Origin: an uncultured Pseudobdellovibrionaceae bacterium
GTDB lineage: Bacteria; Bdellovibrionota; Bdellovibrionia; Bdellovibrionales; UBA1609
Direction of reading: 5' to 3'
DNA length: 64,000 nucleotides
Assembly (NCBI GenBank): GCA_963803705.1
Contig: CAWDNU010000003.1
Location: 1 to 64,000 of the forward strand
Shown: piece after piece, positions 61,633 to 64,000 of the stretch
How the letters are laid out: every line of letters starts with the position of its first letter
How positions within the stretch are numbered: position 1 is the stretch's first letter
Made by a program: the position numbers and the translations under genes
The notes under the pieces: generated by a model
What the model saw: the letters and a program-made list of their open reading frames with translations, nothing else
What the model was told of the DNA's origin: nothing
Databases searched by the model: none

Positions 61633-61747
61633 ATCTAATAGTAATTAAGTTATATTACCCTGTTGACCAAATTTTTTTAAATTCGGATTTTAACAAATAT
61701 CGATCAAAAAGCAGGATGTTCCGTGCAAATATAGAAAGATCAGCTGA
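61633..61747 (+). other. Composite recombination-like site C
   Basis: ATCTAATAGTA-ATTAAG-TTATATTACCC (61633-660); TTGACCAA at 61663; TCAAAAAGCAG at 61704; TCAGCTGA at 61740. Confidence 0.7.
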
Positions 61748-61748
61748 A

Positions 61749-61813
61749 ATGACCACAACAAAATATACTTGGGATTCGCCACATAAGCGCAGTAGAGATG
61801 AAATTGAATTTTT
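61749..61813 (+). pseudogene. 3'-end remnant of a fourth tyrosine recombinase
   Basis: MTTTKYTWDSPHKRSRDEIEF aligns ungapped with the recombinase 1 tail MTTTKYTRVSPMKSSGDGIDF. Confidence 0.75.
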
Positions 61814-61892
61814 AGAAAGTTGTCTAAATTACAACAATAGACGAGTAAACCTTGTCTATTAAGTTTATTAAATCAAAGATGGAAATTCAAAT

Positions 61893-62525
61893 TTATAAGT
61901 AAATTTTTTCTTCGATTAATCTAATTCGTTGGATGGGATCAAGCAGTAGATCGTTATAAGATTTTATAATTTTCTTTTTTTGTTGCTCAAAAAAATCTCT
62001 AAATTTAGTCAAATCGAAACCATTAAGCTCTAATTGCTCGAAAGCAAAATTATCAGCATCAACTTCATTTTGTAATGCCTCTAAACCAAGTAGCGACAAT
62101 TCATCAACTTTCAAACTTTGGGAGCTGCTATCAAGTTTTTGTTTATATTCTTCCAAAGCCATAACATTTTTATTAGTTATTATATGGCCGAATTCATGCA
62201 GGATTAAGTACTGAACTATAAATTCATAATTAGGATCTTTAAAATTTGCCTCCATTAGGTGAATATCGTGTTCTTTGTTATTCATGGCAGATGTAAGATA
62301 GGCTTCCCCTACGGTATTTTTTCTAGCATTAGGCTCATTCTCGATCTCGTTATCAGTTATATAAATTACTACTGATTTGTAGGTGGTTTGTCCTAAAGAT
62401 TTTACGTATTTTTTTAATATCGTTAATAGGCGATCAATATATTTTAAATGAATGTCAGACATTTCTAAAATGTCTGAATCAATCCATATTTTTTCACTAA
62501 GCTTTTCACCTCCAATTTCAACCAT
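61893..62525 (-). CDS. HEXXH zinc metallopeptidase-like protein (M48/M78-type motifs)
   Basis: ILHEFGH and EVDADNFA; start placed at MVEI after RBS AGGAG. Confidence 0.7.
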   Translation of the reverse strand: MVEIGGEKLSEKIWIDSDILEMSDIHLKYIDRLLTILKKYVKSLGQTTYKSVVIYITDNEIENEPNARKNTVGEAYLTSAMNNKEHDIHLMEANFKDPNYEFIVQYLILHEFGHIITNKNVMALEEYKQKLDSSSQSLKVDELSLLGLEALQNEVDADNFAFEQLELNGFDLTKFRDFFEQQKKKIIKSYNDLLLDPIQRIRLIEEKIYL

Positions 62526-62650
62526 ATTTAACTCTCCTAGAGATCCTGCAATTTTTATTCTAATTAATATGTACACTGATTCTAAGTATACTATCGGTAC
62601 AATTTATTTATTGTTGCAAAAAAAAATTATTAAATAATCCTAATATAGGC

Positions 62651-63904
62651 TTAAGATACCTCAAGTAACTCACTGATTCTCGTAGAAAAGCACTTAGACT
62701 TCATCTGGCTTTGCATCTTCCAATGTTTATTAATTCCACAAGATGCAATCTTTATTGATTCTGGTCCATTTCGGGAATTATAAAAATCCATCATTTTTAA
62801 AATCTCAATTTCCTGGATGGTGTCATTTTGTGAAAATAGATCGAACTGTGAACCTTGTTCATCATAAATGCTAGATAAAACTATTCCACATTTCTTGTAT
62901 TCATATCCGTGTTTAAATATACCTTCTAAGGCATGAAGGCCTTCTCTGATAAATTTAAAAGTTGATTGGGTAGGGGATATGAATTTTATATTTACAGAAT
63001 CAAAAGTTTGTGGAGTGTTTTTATATCTGTTTGTATCAATAAATATACTAAGACTTTGCGCTGAAGAGTTCTGTCTTCTTAATTTTTCTGATGCTCTTGA
63101 TATATGGGAAGACATAGCTTCTTTAAGTTCTGATAATTTGGTGACGCTTTTACCAAAAGACCTTGATGAAATAATCTGTTTTTTGTTCTTGGCCTCAAGT
63201 TCTAGGTTGATGCAATTCTTAAACCTTAGTTCATCTTGAATCTGACGACCCACTTTAGTTAAAATCTTTTGAATTAGTTTGTCATTTTTATAATGTTTAA
63301 AATCATAGGCAGATCTAATCCCTAGAGCTTTTAATTTTATTTCTGACTGTTTACCAATGCCCCAAATGTCGCCAACTTCAAAATTTCTTAAATAATCATC
63401 GATCTCTGATTCTTCAAATAAGCATAATGTTCCATCTAAAGAAATATCCTTTTTTGAAATTCTGTTTAATACTTTCGATAAAACTTTAGTGTGTGAAAGC
63501 CCAATAGATACTGGAATACCTGTTTCTTTATAGACTTTGTTTTTAATCATTTTAATGTATTCAGGAAGTTCATCTTTTTTAAACCCTGACATATCTAAAA
63601 AGGCCTCATCAATTGAGTATATTTCTAAATTAGGTGTGAACTCAGATAAGGTCTGCATGACTCTTCTAGATAAATCACCATAGAGAGTATAATTTGATGA
63701 AAACGCTATAACGTCTTTAAATTCACTTTTCATTTTGAAATAAGGTATACCCATAGGTACACCAAGTGCTTTAGCTTCAAGAGAGCGGGATACTACGCAT
63801 CCATCATTATTTGATAATACGACTACGGGCTTATACCGAAGCTTTGGGTTAAATAACCTCTCGCATGAAACATAAAATGAATTGCAATCAACAAGAGCTA
63901 TCAT
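62651..63904 (-). CDS. umuC: Y-family DNA polymerase V catalytic subunit
   Basis: [41 protein letters not shown]. Confidence 0.93.
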   Translation of the reverse strand: MIALVDCNSFYVSCERLFNPKLRYKPVVVLSNNDGCVVSRSLEAKALGVPMGIPYFKMKSEFKDVIAFSSNYTLYGDLSRRVMQTLSEFTPNLEIYSIDEAFLDMSGFKKDELPEYIKMIKNKVYKETGIPVSIGLSHTKVLSKVLNRISKKDISLDGTLCLFEESEIDDYLRNFEVGDIWGIGKQSEIKLKALGIRSAYDFKHYKNDKLIQKILTKVGRQIQDELRFKNCINLELEAKNKKQIISSRSFGKSVTKLSELKEAMSSHISRASEKLRRQNSSAQSLSIFIDTNRYKNTPQTFDSVNIKFISPTQSTFKFIREGLHALEGIFKHGYEYKKCGIVLSSIYDEQGSQFDLFSQNDTIQEIEILKMMDFYNSRNGPESIKIASCGINKHWKMQSQMKSKCFSTRISELLEVS

Positions 63905-64000
63905 AGGGTTTCAGTAACGATAGACCTTACTATTCCCCAGATTTCAAAGTCCTGTTCATCAGGCCTAATAATGATGTCTTCGTATTTAATGCTTTCAGCT
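63901..64000 (-). CDS. umuD: UmuD-like S24 peptidase, C-terminal part (runs off the window)
   Basis: [11 protein letters not shown]...[11 protein letters not shown]; stop overlaps the umuC ATG (ATGA). Confidence 0.75.
   Translation of the reverse strand, partial: AESIKYEDIIIRPDEQDFEIWGIVRSIVTETL

Noticed and set aside
3536..63239. Numerous 60-150-aa antisense or overlapping ORFs in the track (for example 34709-35101, 22347-22793, 41526-41924)
   Set aside because: Shadow ORFs inside well-supported genes with no independent signals
1..64000. tRNA, rRNA or riboswitch
   Set aside because: No recognisable cloverleaf or conserved RNA motif by eye; an Infernal/tRNAscan run would be needed to exclude them

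Overview
AT-rich bacterial chromosomal window. The gene repertoire (many orphan secreted proteins and lipoproteins, cytochrome c-TPR, HPt hybrid kinase) is suggestive of Bdellovibrionota; that assignment is inference. 1-4 kb: two-component cluster broken by single-base indels, probably sequencing error. 4-42.7 kb: intact housekeeping genes, including a metal/iron uptake cluster (TonB, ZIP, TonB-dependent receptor, imelysin, FutA-like SBP), LTA-synthase-like sulfatase, psd-pssA, RecQ, ABC-F, two DEAD-box helicases, M23 peptidase, HPF, RlpA, cbpAM, icd, tesA-ybbAP and an AmpG-like MFS. 42.5-47.7 kb: a 4,979-bp insertion bounded by a perfect 213-bp direct repeat, carrying a deleted IS91/ISCR-type transposase, AT-rich cargo and an nrdB fragment. 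53.5-64 kb: an island with three paralogous tyrosine recombinases plus the 3' remnant of a fourth, three composite recombination-like sites (11-6-11 core plus accessory motifs at fixed spacing), a HigBA-like pair, an HEXXH protein and umuDC. The island also encodes a 1044-aa secreted protein with PRTase-like and HAD motifs and 11 tandem 32-aa repeats with hypervariable residue pairs. The recombinase/site system and this repeat protein are the best candidates for novelty. No rRNA, tRNA or CRISPR array was seen.
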